DNA from: Diplonema japonicum
Lineage: Eukaryota; Protista; Euglenozoa: Diplonemea
Reading direction: 5' to 3'
DNA length: 64,000 nucleotides
Assembly: GCA_964019335.1 (NCBI GenBank)
Contig: OZ025690.1
Span: 124,001-188,000 of the forward strand
In this document: positions 20,693-32,681 of the stretch, piece by piece
Numbering within the stretch: the first letter of the stretch is position 1
Layout of the letters: each line of letters opens with the position of its first letter
The notes under the pieces: model-generated
Seen by the model: only the letters and a program-made list of their open reading frames with translations
What the model was told of the DNA's origin: nothing
Databases searched by the model: none
Translations under genes and position numbers: made by a program

Positions 20693-22057
20693 TCAGTTCT
20701 TGATCTCAGCCATGGCCTCGTCGTAGGTCTTCATCACGATGTCCAGGCAGGTGCGCACCTCCTCCTGGGTGATCGTCAGAGGGGGGGAGAACCTGTGTTT
20801 GTGGTTAATCTTTTCGTGATATAAAACAAACCTGACAATGTGCCCGTGGGTGGGCTTTGCGAGGACACCCTGCTGCGCCATCTTGATGCACCAGTTGTAG
20901 GCGAACTTCCCACCGTCCAGCTCGGGGTCCACCTCAACAGCGTTCAGAAGACCCTTACCGCGCACCACGACGTTCTTGGTCGTGCCCCACTCATTGAGGA
21001 TGGACCTCCACTCCTCCCCGAGGGTGAAGGAGTTCTCCACCATCTTCTCGTCCACAAGGACAGAGAGGGACTCGATCGCCACGGCGGCCGCAACAGGGGA
21101 CCCACCGAAGGTGCTGCCGTGGGTTCCCGGAGTGAAGACGCTCATCACGGGGTTGTCAGCGAGGACACCAGACACCGGGTACAGCCCCCCAGAGAGTGCC
21201 TTCCCCACCACGATCACGTCCGGCTTGATCTCAGCGTAGTCGCTGCAGAAGAGCTTTCCTGTCCTCCCGAACCCGGTCTGCACCTCGTCGCTCATGAGGA
21301 GAACGTTGTGCTTCTTGCACAGGTCGTACGCCCCCTTCAGGTACCCTTCGTCAGGAACGTTCACCCCCGCCTCTCCCTGGATCGGTTCCACAAGGAACCC
21401 CGCCACCTTGTCCCCGACCTCCTCGAACACAGCCTCCAGCTCCTCCAAGCTGTTGTACGAGATAATCTTGAACCCCGGAGTGAAGGGACCGTAGTCCGCG
21501 TAGGCGTCAGGGTCCGTCGAGAACCCGATCACTGTCGTGGTTCTTCCGTGGAAGTTCTCAGCGCACACCACGATGATCGCCTCGTCCTTGGGGATCCCCT
21601 TCACCCTGTAGCCCCACTTCCTTGCCATCTTGATCGCTGCCTCGATCGCCTCCACTCCACTGTTCGCGGGGAGGATGGCGTCGTAGCCAGTCATCTCGGT
21701 GATGAACTTCGCGAACTTCGGGAAGATGTCGTTGTAGTAGGCACGCGAGGACAGGCACAGGTCGTCCAGCTGGTTCTTCATCGCTGCCACGATCCTGGGG
21801 TGGTTGTGGCCCTGGTTCGTCGCGCTGTAGGCACTCAAGAAGTCCGTGTACTCTTTCCCCTCGGGGTCCCACACCTTCGTTCCCTTCGCCTTCGCGAACA
21901 CCACAGGGAGGGGTGCGTAGTTCTTCGCCGCGAAGTCCGACTCCATCTTCATCAGCTCCTGCGAACCCTGCTTGCAGTCCCCCCTCAGGCGGGCAGCCAG
22001 GTTCGGCGCGCGCTTCGCGACCTCTGCGACTCTGCTGCGTGCTGCGGTGATGGCCAT
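20693..22057 (-). CDS. OAT: Ornithine aminotransferase copy 1 (probable mitochondrial presequence), 2 exons
   Basis: Class III aminotransferase motifs DFLSAYSA, FHGRT, EPIQGEAG, DEVQTGFGRTG and GKALSGG. Exons 22057-20832 and 20792-20693. Start inferred from identity with copy 2. Confidence 0.93.
   Translation of the reverse strand: MAITAARSRVAEVAKRAPNLAARLRGDCKQGSQELMKMESDFAAKNYAPLPVVFAKAKGTKVWDPEGKEYTDFLSAYSATNQGHNHPRIVAAMKNQLDDLCLSSRAYYNDIFPKFAKFITEMTGYDAILPANSGVEAIEAAIKMARKWGYRVKGIPKDEAIIVVCAENFHGRTTTVIGFSTDPDAYADYGPFTPGFKIISYNSLEELEAVFEEVGDKVAGFLVEPIQGEAGVNVPDEGYLKGAYDLCKKHNVLLMSDEVQTGFGRTGKLFCSDYAEIKPDVIVVGKALSGGLYPVSGVLADNPVMSVFTPGTHGSTFGGSPVAAAVAIESLSVLVDEKMVENSFTLGEEWRSILNEWGTTKNVVVRGKGLLNAVEVDPELDGGKFAYNWCIKMAQQGVLAKPTHGHIVRFVLYHEKINHKHRFSPPLTITQEEVRTCLDIVMKTYDEAMAEIKN
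20793..20831 (-). other. GT-AG intron, 39 nt, phase 2 (OAT copy 1)
   Basis: GTTTGTTTTATATCACGAAAAGATTAACCACAAACACAG; removal turns IVRFVLYHEKINHKHRFSPPL into the conserved IVRFSPPL. Confidence 0.88.
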
Positions 22058-23123
22058 GTTATTTTCTCCCCTTTTTTCCTTTTTTTCTTTCTTATTGTTC
22101 TTCCCGCCGAAGAGCCCGATGGAGAAGGGGTATTGGGCAATAGGGCAGTTGGAATGGACATGCATCACGACGGAAGCAGCTGCTGGAATACGCCAGCGAG
22201 TGTTGAAAGTATTACAACATGTGAAGATTTACAGAAACCCCCAAACGGCCATCGATAGGCACTCCTCCTGACCTTAGGAAAAGGATTTGATAAAATTCTA
22301 CGAATACGTCCCGGATTGTCAGGTAGTCTGCTCATGGTCTACAGCAAGTTCCATCGTCGTGAAGGACGCCGACTTCCTGCTAGCGTACCATCTTAGGTCT
22401 TTCAGCCACCTGAGGACGCTTCATGTATTTATTCGATTTTAGCAGCTACACTGCAGGCACAGTATGCTGCTTTCGTGGTGGAATCCTGGTGCTCTGCTCA
22501 GCCGTTTAATCGGAATGCAGGTCAATTCGCGTCACCCCTGTTTATTTACCCCTGTTTGTCAGGGCAGCTCTACTCCCACAGATGCTTCACAGTCCACCTG
22601 GGCAACTCTGGGAACTGAACCAGGGGGTTTTCTTTTTTATCGGGGTACCAAGTCTAGTCCGATTTCGCAAATGAAATACAGCATAAATAAAGGGGGGGGG
22701 GGGGTGAGGAAATGGGGGGAAATGCATAAAATACCCCCATCTACCCCCAAACCTGTTGTAGCACAACAGTTAGATTGTTATTTTTCATTTCTTCTTCCTT
22801 TGTTCCGTTAAACGAAAAGTACACGCAGAGAGGTGGTGCGAAGGTGAGTTGCAGTCAGCTGTCTTCGAGGCCATCTTTAGAATAAGTTATACGCCATCTT
22901 AAGACATGCTTCGCTACCTCCGTCTTTGGTAACCTTCTCTCTCCTGTACTTTCCGCTCATGCACGTCCAGTCTGCCAGCTAGCTTGAACCAGCTTATGAA
23001 TGGCAGTGCAACATCGTTTCTCGTTTAAAATCTTTTGTAACACCCGCTTGCCGTAAAATTATAGGTCGTTTCTTTTAAATAAATAAGGGGGAGGGGGGGG
23101 ATATTTTTTTTATTGCGTGTCGT

Positions 23124-24488
23124 TCAGTTCTTAATCTCAGCCATGGCCTCGTCGTAGGTCTTCATCACGATGTCCAAGCAGGTGCGCACCTCCTCCTGGG
23201 TGATCGTCAGAGGGGGGGAGAACCTGTGGTTGTGGTTAATCTTTTCGTGATATAAAACAAACCTGACAATGTGCCCGTGGGTGGGCTTTGCGAGGACACC
23301 CTGCTGCGCCATCTTGATGCACCAGTTGTAGGCGAACTTCCCACCGTCCAGCTCGGGGTCCACCTCAACAGCGTTCAGAAGACCCTTACCGCGCACCACG
23401 ACGTTCTTGGTCGTGCCCCACTCATTGAGGATGGACCTCCACTCCTCCCCGAGGGTGAAGGAGTTCTCCACCATCTTCTCGTCCACAAGGACAGAGAGGG
23501 ACTCGATCGCCACGGCGGCCGCAACAGGGGACCCACCGAAGGTGCTGCCGTGGGTTCCCGGAGTGAAGACGCTCATCACGGGGTTGTCAGCGAGGACACC
23601 AGACACCGGGTACAGCCCCCCAGAGAGTGCCTTCCCCACCACGATCACGTCCGGCTTGATCTCAGCGTAGTCGCTGCAGAAGAGCTTTCCTGTCCTCCCG
23701 AACCCGGTCTGCACCTCGTCGCTCATGAGGAGAACGTTGTGCTTCTTGCACAGGTCGTACGCCCCCTTCAGGTACCCTTCGTCAGGAACGTTCACCCCCG
23801 CCTCTCCCTGGATCGGTTCCACAAGGAACCCCGCCACCTTGTCCCCGACCTCCTCGAACACAGCCTCCAGCTCCTCCAAGCTGTTGTACGAGATAATCTT
23901 GAACCCCGGAGTGAAGGGACCGTAGTCCGCGTAGGCGTCAGGGTCCGTCGAGAACCCGATCACTGTCGTGGTTCTTCCGTGGAAGTTCTCAGCGCACACC
24001 ACGATGATCGCCTCGTCCTTGGGGATCCCCTTCACCCTGTAGCCCCACTTCCTTGCCATCTTGATCGCTGCCTCGATCGCCTCCACTCCACTGTTCGCGG
24101 GGAGGATGGCGTCGTAGCCAGTCATCTCGGTGATGAACTTCGCGAACTTCGGGAAGATGTCGTTGTAGTAGGCACGCGAGGACAGGCACAGGTCGTCCAG
24201 CTGGTTCTTCATCGCTGCCACGATCCTGGGGTGGTTGTGGCCCTGGTTCGTCGCGCTGTAGGCACTCAAGAAGTCCGTGTACTCTTTCCCCTCGGGGTCC
24301 CACACCTTCGTTCCCTTCGCCTTCGCGAACACCACAGGGAGGGGTGCGTAGTTCTTCGCCGCGAAGTCCGACTCCATCTTCATCAGCTCCTGCGAACCCT
24401 GCTTGCAGTCCCCCCTCAGGCGGGCAGCCAGGTTCGGCGCGCGCTTCGCGACCTCTGCGACTCTGCTGCGTGCTGCGGTGATGGCCAT
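23124..24488 (-). CDS. OAT: Ornithine aminotransferase copy 2, 2 exons
   Basis: Near-identical to copy 1 at offset 2431; exons 24488-23263 and 23223-23124. Confidence 0.93.
   Translation of the reverse strand: MAITAARSRVAEVAKRAPNLAARLRGDCKQGSQELMKMESDFAAKNYAPLPVVFAKAKGTKVWDPEGKEYTDFLSAYSATNQGHNHPRIVAAMKNQLDDLCLSSRAYYNDIFPKFAKFITEMTGYDAILPANSGVEAIEAAIKMARKWGYRVKGIPKDEAIIVVCAENFHGRTTTVIGFSTDPDAYADYGPFTPGFKIISYNSLEELEAVFEEVGDKVAGFLVEPIQGEAGVNVPDEGYLKGAYDLCKKHNVLLMSDEVQTGFGRTGKLFCSDYAEIKPDVIVVGKALSGGLYPVSGVLADNPVMSVFTPGTHGSTFGGSPVAAAVAIESLSVLVDEKMVENSFTLGEEWRSILNEWGTTKNVVVRGKGLLNAVEVDPELDGGKFAYNWCIKMAQQGVLAKPTHGHIVRFVLYHEKINHNHRFSPPLTITQEEVRTCLDIVMKTYDEAMAEIKN
23224..23262 (-). other. GT-AG intron, 39 nt (OAT copy 2)
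   Basis: Same as the copy 1 intron except for one substitution. Confidence 0.88.
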
Positions 24489-24711
24489 GTTTAGTTGCTA
24501 ATCCCTGTGGTGTGTAAAATGATGGACGGTCAAAGCAGATGATCAACTGGCAGGTGATAACAAGAACAGATGACAAGGTCGTGCACAGGCTAACATAATC
24601 TTTGAAGTAATTAAAAGGCAGCCCCCTTGCCAGCGACAGGACTCACAGAGTGGTCCGGCGGTATCAAAGGGGCTTCTGCGTGTCACTGTTCATTGCCACC
24701 TCATCTTATTT

Positions 24712-26676
24712 TCACTGCACTGCGGTCTTCTCAGCTGCGGGTTGTCGTGCTGTGGCTTCAATGGATTTACAAGCATCCCCACACTCTAAGAAGGGTGGGT
24801 AGCTTTCTCGTTCACCACACTTTATATTTTTGTGCACTCTACCACATTTACACATTATTAGAATGTCCTGGCAGCACGGAGGGCATGGTCCTGCATGGCA
24901 TGAAGTGTTGCACGGGTGGCCGCAAGGGTTGGGGACACTGCAGAGGAGGGGACAGTCGGTGCAAGGCCCGCTATGGCACTGGCGGTTGCAGAAGTGCTTG
25001 GCACAGGAAAGGGGCTTTCGGCACATGTTGCGGCAGGTGACGACGGGGACGTGGCATGGACTCAGCCAGTCGCACCAGCTATTATGGGAGGCGCACCTCT
25101 TGTTGACCATCACAGTGCATGGAGGGCAGTCTTCGAAATGGCATTTGTGGTGCGCTGGATGCCCGCATGGCCTGGGTATCCTGCACATCAACGGACACGC
25201 AGGAGGCTCCGTCCCGCAGGGGATCGGGGGTTCGATGAAAGTTGAACCACATCTGCACGACAGCTCTGTGAACCCCCCTTGCAGGCAGGGGGGGCAGCTC
25301 CCTGTGTGGCACCCAGCCTCACAACGGTGCCTTCCACAAGGTAGCTGCCTGTTGCACGGTAGCGAACAGGAATGGATGTGGCCCTTGTCAGGGCAGCACA
25401 CTGTGTTGCATGTGTGTTTCCCGCATGTTTTCTTCGCTGTGCATTTCGACATGCATGTGAACGGCAGCGTCACCGTTGCTGCTGCGGTGCTGGGCTTCTT
25501 CGCCTTTCCTCTCCCCTTCTTCCCTGTTCCAGAGAAGATGTCAAGTTCCTCCTTTTTCACGTTCTCCACGATCAGACTGACGGACGTACCGGGGGGCTTC
25601 TGCCTGTCGTCGCAACGCATTCTCACCTGCTTCCCACCGCACTTGCAGCGTATCATCGCCGGCTGCGTGCACTCACCGCATGCTCCCTCGTGGCAGGGCT
25701 TGTCGCACAGGTGGGACGAAACCCCACAGGACATCGGCTTCTTGCAGATCTGCCTGCACGTTGGGATAGGATCCGTGCACTTCACCCGTGTAGTGTCCGA
25801 GAGGGCGGCGAGAAGCGTTTTGTTGCAAGGGCACTTCGAGACTAAAGCAGGATCGCGTTCACAATCGTGGCAGTCGCCGAAGTGACAGGGAAGAGCACAC
25901 TTATGAGCACCACATTTCAGGGTCTTCCCACATAGCTCAGAACAGGAATAAGTACATGGTGTCGATGGTGTTTCAGTCTTGTCGGGGGATGCGGGGGGCG
26001 CCTTGCAAGGACGGACAGTGGACGGGATCTTTCCGCAGAAGCACGACTGTTCGAATTCTTCTTCACAAGGCGAGCAGTCACCACTGTGGCACGTGTCTTT
26101 GCAATGATGCACCCCGCATGAGAGGAGCTTGTTGCAGGTTTCTCCACAAGACCGGCCTTTGTCGGGGTCGGAACATCCAGTGTGGTAGGTGATCTTTCCG
26201 CAGAAGCAGTTTTTTGGGGGGCTTGAAAGTGTGCAAGGGGGACATGGGCCAGGGTGGCACAGCGAGCCGCAAGGGTGAGGGCAGGAGGTGCCGTTTCGCA
26301 TTCTTTCACACTTCATTCCGCACGTGTGCGGCGTGCTGTAGCCATCTCCCGCTGGTGGGTTTTTACTTTTTTTGCAAAAACAGGAATAGGTTAGTGTCGA
26401 TGGGTTTTCGGTGTACAAAGATTGGCATTTGGGGCATCTCCAAGTGCCTCCTTCAGAGCTTTGCTTCCCCCACATTTTTACACAATCTAAATGCACCACA
26501 CCATAGCACACGTCACAGCCCCAGACGGCATCTGCCGATCTGACAACTTCCACACAGACACAGCAGTCGTACTTCCCTCGTTCTAAATCTCTGCTCATTC
26601 TTTCCTTCAGTCCTAACCCATCTTCCATTGCTTCTTCTTCTTTCTGTTTTCGTAAGTGCGGTGGGATAAATGCCAT
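24712..26676 (-). CDS. NF-X1-type zinc finger protein (NFX1/NFXL1 family)
   Basis: RING/PHD CCVC...WGCDVCYGVVHLDC...WRCPKC followed by many CxxHxC...CHxGxCPPC repeats. Confidence 0.9.
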   Translation of the reverse strand: MAFIPPHLRKQKEEEAMEDGLGLKERMSRDLERGKYDCCVCVEVVRSADAVWGCDVCYGVVHLDCVKMWGKQSSEGGTWRCPKCQSLYTENPSTLTYSCFCKKSKNPPAGDGYSTPHTCGMKCERMRNGTSCPHPCGSLCHPGPCPPCTLSSPPKNCFCGKITYHTGCSDPDKGRSCGETCNKLLSCGVHHCKDTCHSGDCSPCEEEFEQSCFCGKIPSTVRPCKAPPASPDKTETPSTPCTYSCSELCGKTLKCGAHKCALPCHFGDCHDCERDPALVSKCPCNKTLLAALSDTTRVKCTDPIPTCRQICKKPMSCGVSSHLCDKPCHEGACGECTQPAMIRCKCGGKQVRMRCDDRQKPPGTSVSLIVENVKKEELDIFSGTGKKGRGKAKKPSTAAATVTLPFTCMSKCTAKKTCGKHTCNTVCCPDKGHIHSCSLPCNRQLPCGRHRCEAGCHTGSCPPCLQGGFTELSCRCGSTFIEPPIPCGTEPPACPLMCRIPRPCGHPAHHKCHFEDCPPCTVMVNKRCASHNSWCDWLSPCHVPVVTCRNMCRKPLSCAKHFCNRQCHSGPCTDCPLLCSVPNPCGHPCNTSCHAGPCPPCCQDILIMCKCGRVHKNIKCGERESYPPFLECGDACKSIEATARQPAAEKTAVQ

Positions 26677-27742
26677 GTTTGGTTTTTTTTTTTTCTTTTT
26701 TTTTTTCCTTCTCTTTCAGGGTATGGCGGGGGGGGGGGGGGGGGTGACCTAATTTTTTTTTGAACTGCTTAGTTGAGAAAAAGAAATCAAGGGAGGGGAA
26801 GATTCTCTTTTTTAAAAAAAAGGGGGTATGAAAGGGGATGGAAAAAAAAAATAAAATAAAACAAAACAGAAAATAATATCCCTGATCTGGAGAAGTTGTT
26901 TTCTATTGTCCCCCCCCCCCCCCCCGGGGCTAACACGTTTCCTTAAGTATCTGAAAAATAAGGAAACAGATACGGATACGGAAATGTTTCCCCGTTTCTT
27001 GCCAACATTGCCCTGGGGGGGGGGGGGGGGGCTGAAACAGTCTTACCTCCGATTATTCCTTGAAACACATGACACTGCACAGCTAGTGGTGACGCCTTTA
27101 CGGGATTTGATTTTTTTTTTTTTTTTTTTCAATCATCAAAAGGATTGGCAGCATTCTCATTTTCTTTTTTTTTGTTTTGACTGTTCAAAAAACCTTTGTA
27201 CATCTTCCGTGTTTTTGGGTGGTGCCTTCCTGCCTTCCTTTGGTTGTCGGGAGTCCTTTTTGTTGGGCGCCAAAAAATTCTCAATCCATTTCTTTCATCA
27301 CTTTTAGCTGGCAACGGTGCCATATTTTTTTTTTTTTTTTTTTTTTGCCCTTCTCGGCGGGAAAAAAAAAAGGGGGAAAAAGAAGGGGAGGACGAAAATT
27401 AGATAGAGTGTTTTCCTTCCCCCCTACCTTTTCCCCCAATGTAGAAAGAAACAAGGGAAAAAAAAAAATTATTTGTGACCTATGTTTTTTTCTGTTGTTT
27501 TCACACGAGTAAAAAAAAAGGGGGGGGGAGGGTAAATTAGAAACCTTTTTTTTTTTGCTCAGCACAAAGTCGCATAAGGTACGTAAAATAAATATAAAAA
27601 AAAAAGAAAAAACCAATGTTTTGAAAAAAACTACTTCCAATTCTTTTCAACAAACACAAAAAAAGAGGGACATCCTTAGTGGGACCGCCCGTGGGGGGTG
27701 TGCTAATATTCCTTTAGTTCTTTCTTTTCCTTTTCCTTTTCC

Positions 27743-27773
<31 letters not shown>

Positions 27774-28746
27774 GTTGGTCACATTATTGTCACATTCTCA
27801 TCTTTCCTCTTCCGTTCTGTTCAGGGAAAAATGGGGGAAGAACAGACTGGGGCGGTAACTGTGCCCGGGTGGTTTGCAGCTCGCATAATGCGCACGGCTC
27901 ACCAAGAAGAAAAGGGAATATAAAAAAGAATTCTCGCCAGAGTGCTTTTGGCACGCCATCGGAGTGAGAAGCACGCGCAAAACTTTCATTCTGCGAAGTT
28001 GCTTTGTGCCAGTAGTGACAGGCAGGCGAAAACCCACCCGAAGCTTTCCCCCCCCCCTTTTTTTTACATAATCGTTTTCAAAGGGTTAAGAACGGACACA
28101 TAAAAAGAAAGGGGAAAAAACGACGCCCCCACTTTGAGGACCACCCTTGACACAAAAAAAAAAGAAGAAAAACGCAAAATAAAACGAACCCGGGAACCCT
28201 ATAATCTTTTTTTTTTTTCTTTCTTCGCCCCCTTTTTCATCATTTCTCGATTTTTTTCCAGGGGACTTCAAAAAAAAAAAGTTAAGAGTTCTTTCCCTTT
28301 TTTTTTTTTTTTTTTGTGTGTCGTGTATACCTAAACCACCCCCCCCCCCCCCCCCGGAGAGAGAGAAAGAAAAAGAAAGGGAAAATTGAGAAAAAGGAGC
28401 CTCCTGTTTTGGAACGCCCGTCCTTGTCTCTACGTATCTACCGCTTTTCCCCTTTGGGTCTATTTATGTTCTGCCCGAGTCGTGTCTTCTTTTGAGATGG
28501 GGCGTCGCTTCTTCCGTTCCCTGCATGCCGCCTTCAGCTTCATGATCAGAGCTTTGATCCTGCGAGCCCTATCTTTCACCAGACCTCCCAAAGACTTGCC
28601 GGTCGTCCATTCGAAATCCAGTAAAAAAAAAGACAGCTAGAAAGGCAGATAAAAAAAACTTTTTTTGCAGGAATACAACCGCCCCCCCCCAACTCTTAAA
28701 GTGTGCTGTAGCACACCCTTCGCGTTTTGGTGTTAACCTTGCCAAT

Positions 28747-28787
<41 letters not shown>

Positions 28788-29017
28788 AAGGCTACAAAAT
28801 CATGTTACAGTGCACAGAATTTTTTTTTTCTTTTTTTTTTTTTTATTTTAAATATTCAGATCGTTAAGAATATCAGCCGTCAACACAGTCTGCTGCGCCC
28901 CGTGAGTGTAAGCTTTATAATGGTGATTATTTCAGACGTGTGTCGTGCCGTAAAAAAAACCCTTTTTTTCTTTTTTTTGGGGGGGGGTCACAACAATCAC
29001 TAAACGGGTAAAGATAG

Positions 29018-29049
29018 AAGAGGAACTGGCCGTTGACTGTACGTGCCGG
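29018..29049. repeat. Dispersed short repeat, copy 1
   Basis: AAGAGGAACTGGCCGTTGACTGTACGTGCCGG; 30/32 identical to 57191-57222. Confidence 0.75.
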
Positions 29050-29323
29050 AAGGTAGAAACCAAGAAAGTTAAGTTTCTAACGTAAAAAACACGCTGCAAA
29101 AAAAAAAAAACCGTTCCTCCCCCCCCTTTTTTTTGTTTTGTTTTCTTTTTGGGGGGAGGGGACGAAGAAGGCCTTTCCTTTTTTTTTGTTATGGTATGCT
29201 GTTGATCACGCAATTTTAAAAAAAAAAATCCACAATAAAAAAAAAAACCTTTCCTCGCCCCCACATCCCCCCCCCCCCTTTTTTTTCTTTGGAGAATTAA
29301 TATTGAACCCCCGAAAATACAAC

Positions 29324-29354
<31 letters not shown>

Positions 29355-29355
<1 letters not shown>

Positions 29356-30674
29356 CACCCGATGTTACGTCTCTTACTGGAAGGGTATGGGTCCTCATCA
29401 AGCTCCTCGGGTGCTGTGTAACAAGCTTTTTCGGTCGAATCCCAAGCGGTGATGGGCTTGTCACGAAGTGCCATACACCGGTAGTGCCTGCACACGACCC
29501 AAGGGTGGAGCAAGGCGTCCTTCGCACATAAACGATCTTCCGGCTCGTGAGCCAACGTGTTCGTCAGGAAATCCTTCGCCTGCGCGGACAACGGCGCGTC
29601 CAGATCATTGTCAGGCGGGAAAAACAATTTGGTGGCACCCGTTTGCGTGTCGACCATTTTGTTCTTCATGCTGTCCAACCCATCCGTTAAGTTACCCATG
29701 AAAGGATGCTGCCTACACAGTAAAATATACAGAACCACCCCGAGGCTGAAAATATCAACTTTTGGCAGCTGTTCGAAATTTATCGATCGCGACCCCGTGT
29801 CATCCCCCAAGGCAATGTTAATCGTTTCCAAAGCAAGGAACAAACTTGTACCAACAGGCGTAGCAACCGGTTGGTTAGGACCATCATTGCATCCTGGAAT
29901 ATCACCATACCGCCCGCCAAGGAGCCCTGGCGCGCAGAATCGAGACGACCCGAAATCGACGAGTTTAACAATGAACCGATCACCGTTTGTACCTAAAGGA
30001 AGCGTGTGGGATTCGTTTAAAATCCCGGTTGCCTTGCATTCGGTCCTGTCGTGAACCGCTTTTGGAGGCTCGATGGGACCCTGCTTCGCGGCTATTAAAA
30101 TATTTTCCGGTTTGATATCCCTATGAACAATCTGCTTCTCGGTGTGGAGGTATTTCAATGCATTCAGAACATGGGCTCCTATCTCAGATGCGTCGCGTTC
30201 CGTCACAGCGTTCGTAGCGGCGTACTGTTGTAGTGATGTTCCTCTCACGAGCTCGATGACCATGTAAATGTGGTTTTTGGTGTTGAATAAGTCGTGGAGC
30301 TTTACGCAGCCTTCGTGTGAAATTTCGGATAGAACCTCGATTTCCGTTAGTAGAGCTTTCCATTCCACGCAGTTTGCTAGGTTTCTCTCTGTACCAGGTT
30401 TGGTGACTTCTTTCAGAGCGTGGCGTTGGCCTGACTGTAGGTGTTCAACTCGGTATACCACTCCGCATGCGCCTTGGCCCAGTTTTCTTAGTCTTTTGTA
30501 TGTGTCGCCCGGGTTGCGCTCGCCGAGCAGTGCTTTGTGTTTCCCCACGAAGGCTGCGATGAAGTCGCAGAGTGCCGTCTGTTCCTTCATCTTCAGAGCC
30601 GCTTCCGGGGTGAGATCTTCTTCGGGCGGTGGTGTGTTGTGGTTTACCTTGTTGCACATCCCCAGGAACGACAT
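29355..30674 (-). CDS. Ser/Thr protein kinase (CAMK group-like)
   Basis: LGQGACGVV, ALK, HRDIKPEN, DFG, VDIFSLG, LLHPW; the APE motif is present as ALE. Confidence 0.92.
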
Positions 30675-31058
30675 TTTTTTTTTTTTTTTTTTTTTTTTGA
30701 TTCTTTTTTTTTTTTTCCTCGCGCCTCTCGCCCTGCCCCACCTCCCTCCTTTTTTTTTTTTTTTTTTTTTTTTTTATTATGTATCCCCAGGATTTGTGTG
30801 CACCCCCCTTTTTTTTCTAAACGCTTTTAACAGACCGCGAAATCAAAACTGTGGAGTGCAGTATGGTTCGTCACCCTGAGCATCTGCAATACGTTCTTCC
30901 ACTCGGGGGTGATGACCGACTGGGCAACATCGACTGGTTCAGAAGTTTTTCTCGAATAATAAAAAAAAGTGGCAACCATAAATGAAGGTTATTGAGGAAA
31001 ATGGTAAGGAGTGGGGTCAGAAAGGAGGGAGGAGGGGGTGAGGAGGCGAAAGGGGAAT

Positions 31059-31097
<39 letters not shown>

Positions 31098-31719
31098 ATC
31101 CCCTCTCTTTTCTTTCTACTTTCACTTTTCTTTTTTTTTTTTGGTTCTGTTTCTTTTTTTTTTCTTTTTATTTATTTCCTGTATTTTAGGGGGGAGGGAG
31201 GGAGGGCCACACGAAAAAAAAAAAAAAAAAAGAAGAAGAAGATACAAAAAGTTGGAGGGGAATAAAAAAAATACAAACTCTAACGCAAAGCTGTTTGAAT
31301 AAGGTTGACTACTACCCCTCCCTACCGTTTCCTTTGAGTTTTTCTACTACGAATGCTTGGGGAGACGTGGGGGTGTGGAGTGAGGTACCGTGGGAAAAAA
31401 CCGTGCTGAATAACCTGCGCTGGTGATTACCTCTCAGATATGGCCAGGTCCCTGTTGGCACCAACCACACACCTTGCTGCCCCCCAACAAAAAAAAAAAG
31501 AAATGACTGGAAAAAGAAAGACCCGAGAAACGGAATAAGAAAATATAAAAAAAAAAAAAAAAAACCAAAAGAAACAAGCCGGGGGATCGCTGTTTTTTTT
31601 TTCTTTTTTTTTTTTCTTTTTTTCTTTTCTTCTTTTGATAAATCTCGTAAGTGGGCGGTGAGGGGGGAAAAAAAAAAGCACCAAGGACGGGTATGGGAGG
31701 AGAAATCTATTTTCCTTTC

Positions 31720-31760
<41 letters not shown>

Positions 31761-32681
31761 AACCCCCCTGGACATTATGAAAAAGGTTCGTGCTTTGCGC
31801 TAGCCTTGGTCACCTCGTTCCATGCGTTGTTGTGCTGAGACTGGGACTTCTGCTAGGAACTTGTCTCTTAGGGCAAAAAAAGAAAAAAGAGGGGTAAAAA
31901 AAAAAAAAAAAAACGGAAGAAAAAAAAAAAGAAAAAAAAAAAGGGTGTCGCTTACTAAAGTTCCTGATTTTGTACTTTCTAGCGTCTGTTCATTAAATGT
32001 TGCCGTAAGAGGAAGGAAAAAAAGGGGGGAGGGGATTGAGGAAGAGAACAAGGGGGGGTTAAAGCAGTACTGAACCTAGAGGGCCGACCTAAGGGCGAAA
32101 TGGCTAAGCTTATGTCCATCCCTGCCCACTGTGGTCTACCTTAACAGGCCGCATTAGCTTTTAGTAATCTTTTTTTTTTTTTTTTTTTTTTTTCTAGAAG
32201 GCTGTGCTCAAAAAAGAAAAAAGAGAGAAAAAAACAGGAGAGGAACATCGGCCAGGGGTGAATGGAGGGGAAATAGAAGAAAGAAAGCGTCAACACCACA
32301 TATAAAGAACTCGGCCTCCCCCCCCGCTCCCCTCTTTTTTGTTCTCTTAAACCCTCTGCCAGGGTTTTAAAAAAGAGAAAAAAAAATAAAAGAGACGAAG
32401 GGCCAAAAAGAAAAAGAAAAAGAAAAAAAAAAAGAATCGTATTTTTTTTTTGTTGCTGTTGTCAAGGACAATTTCTTATTTTTTTGTCATCTTTTTTTAA
32501 AATTTTCTTTTTTTTTTTAAAGTTCTTTCTTTGCCCCCCCCCCCCCCCCCTCCCCCCCACCCCACCCCAACCCGCGTGTAAACAAAAAAATCTTTCTTTT
32601 TCTTCATTTTTTTAATTTTATTTTACTTTTGAAAAAAAAAAAAAAAAAAAAAAATACACCTTACTTTTCTTTTTCTTTTTT

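Noticed and set aside
22058-22168. N-terminal extensions in the ORF track (OAT to 22168, BPHL-like to 39548, F-box to 49421, ABCA to 55993)
   Set aside because: They translate A/T homopolymer leader sequence; paralogue comparison or domain starts favour the downstream ATGs.
20840-22258. Long + strand ORFs antisense to OAT and ABCA (also 23271-24494, 50132-51391, 53201-54361, 58189-59406, 61246-62421) and 15294-16721
   Set aside because: Shadow ORFs produced by the codon bias of the real minus-strand genes; no recognisable domains.
30826-30950. Coding-like minus frame VDVAQSVITPEWKNVLQMLRV upstream of the kinase
   Set aside because: No start or linked exon found; could simply be 5' UTR.
32623-32681. 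CTL C-terminus as in the 786-aa ORF with poly-Phe and poly-Lys
   Set aside because: Explained by read-through of introns; the spliced model stops at 32682.
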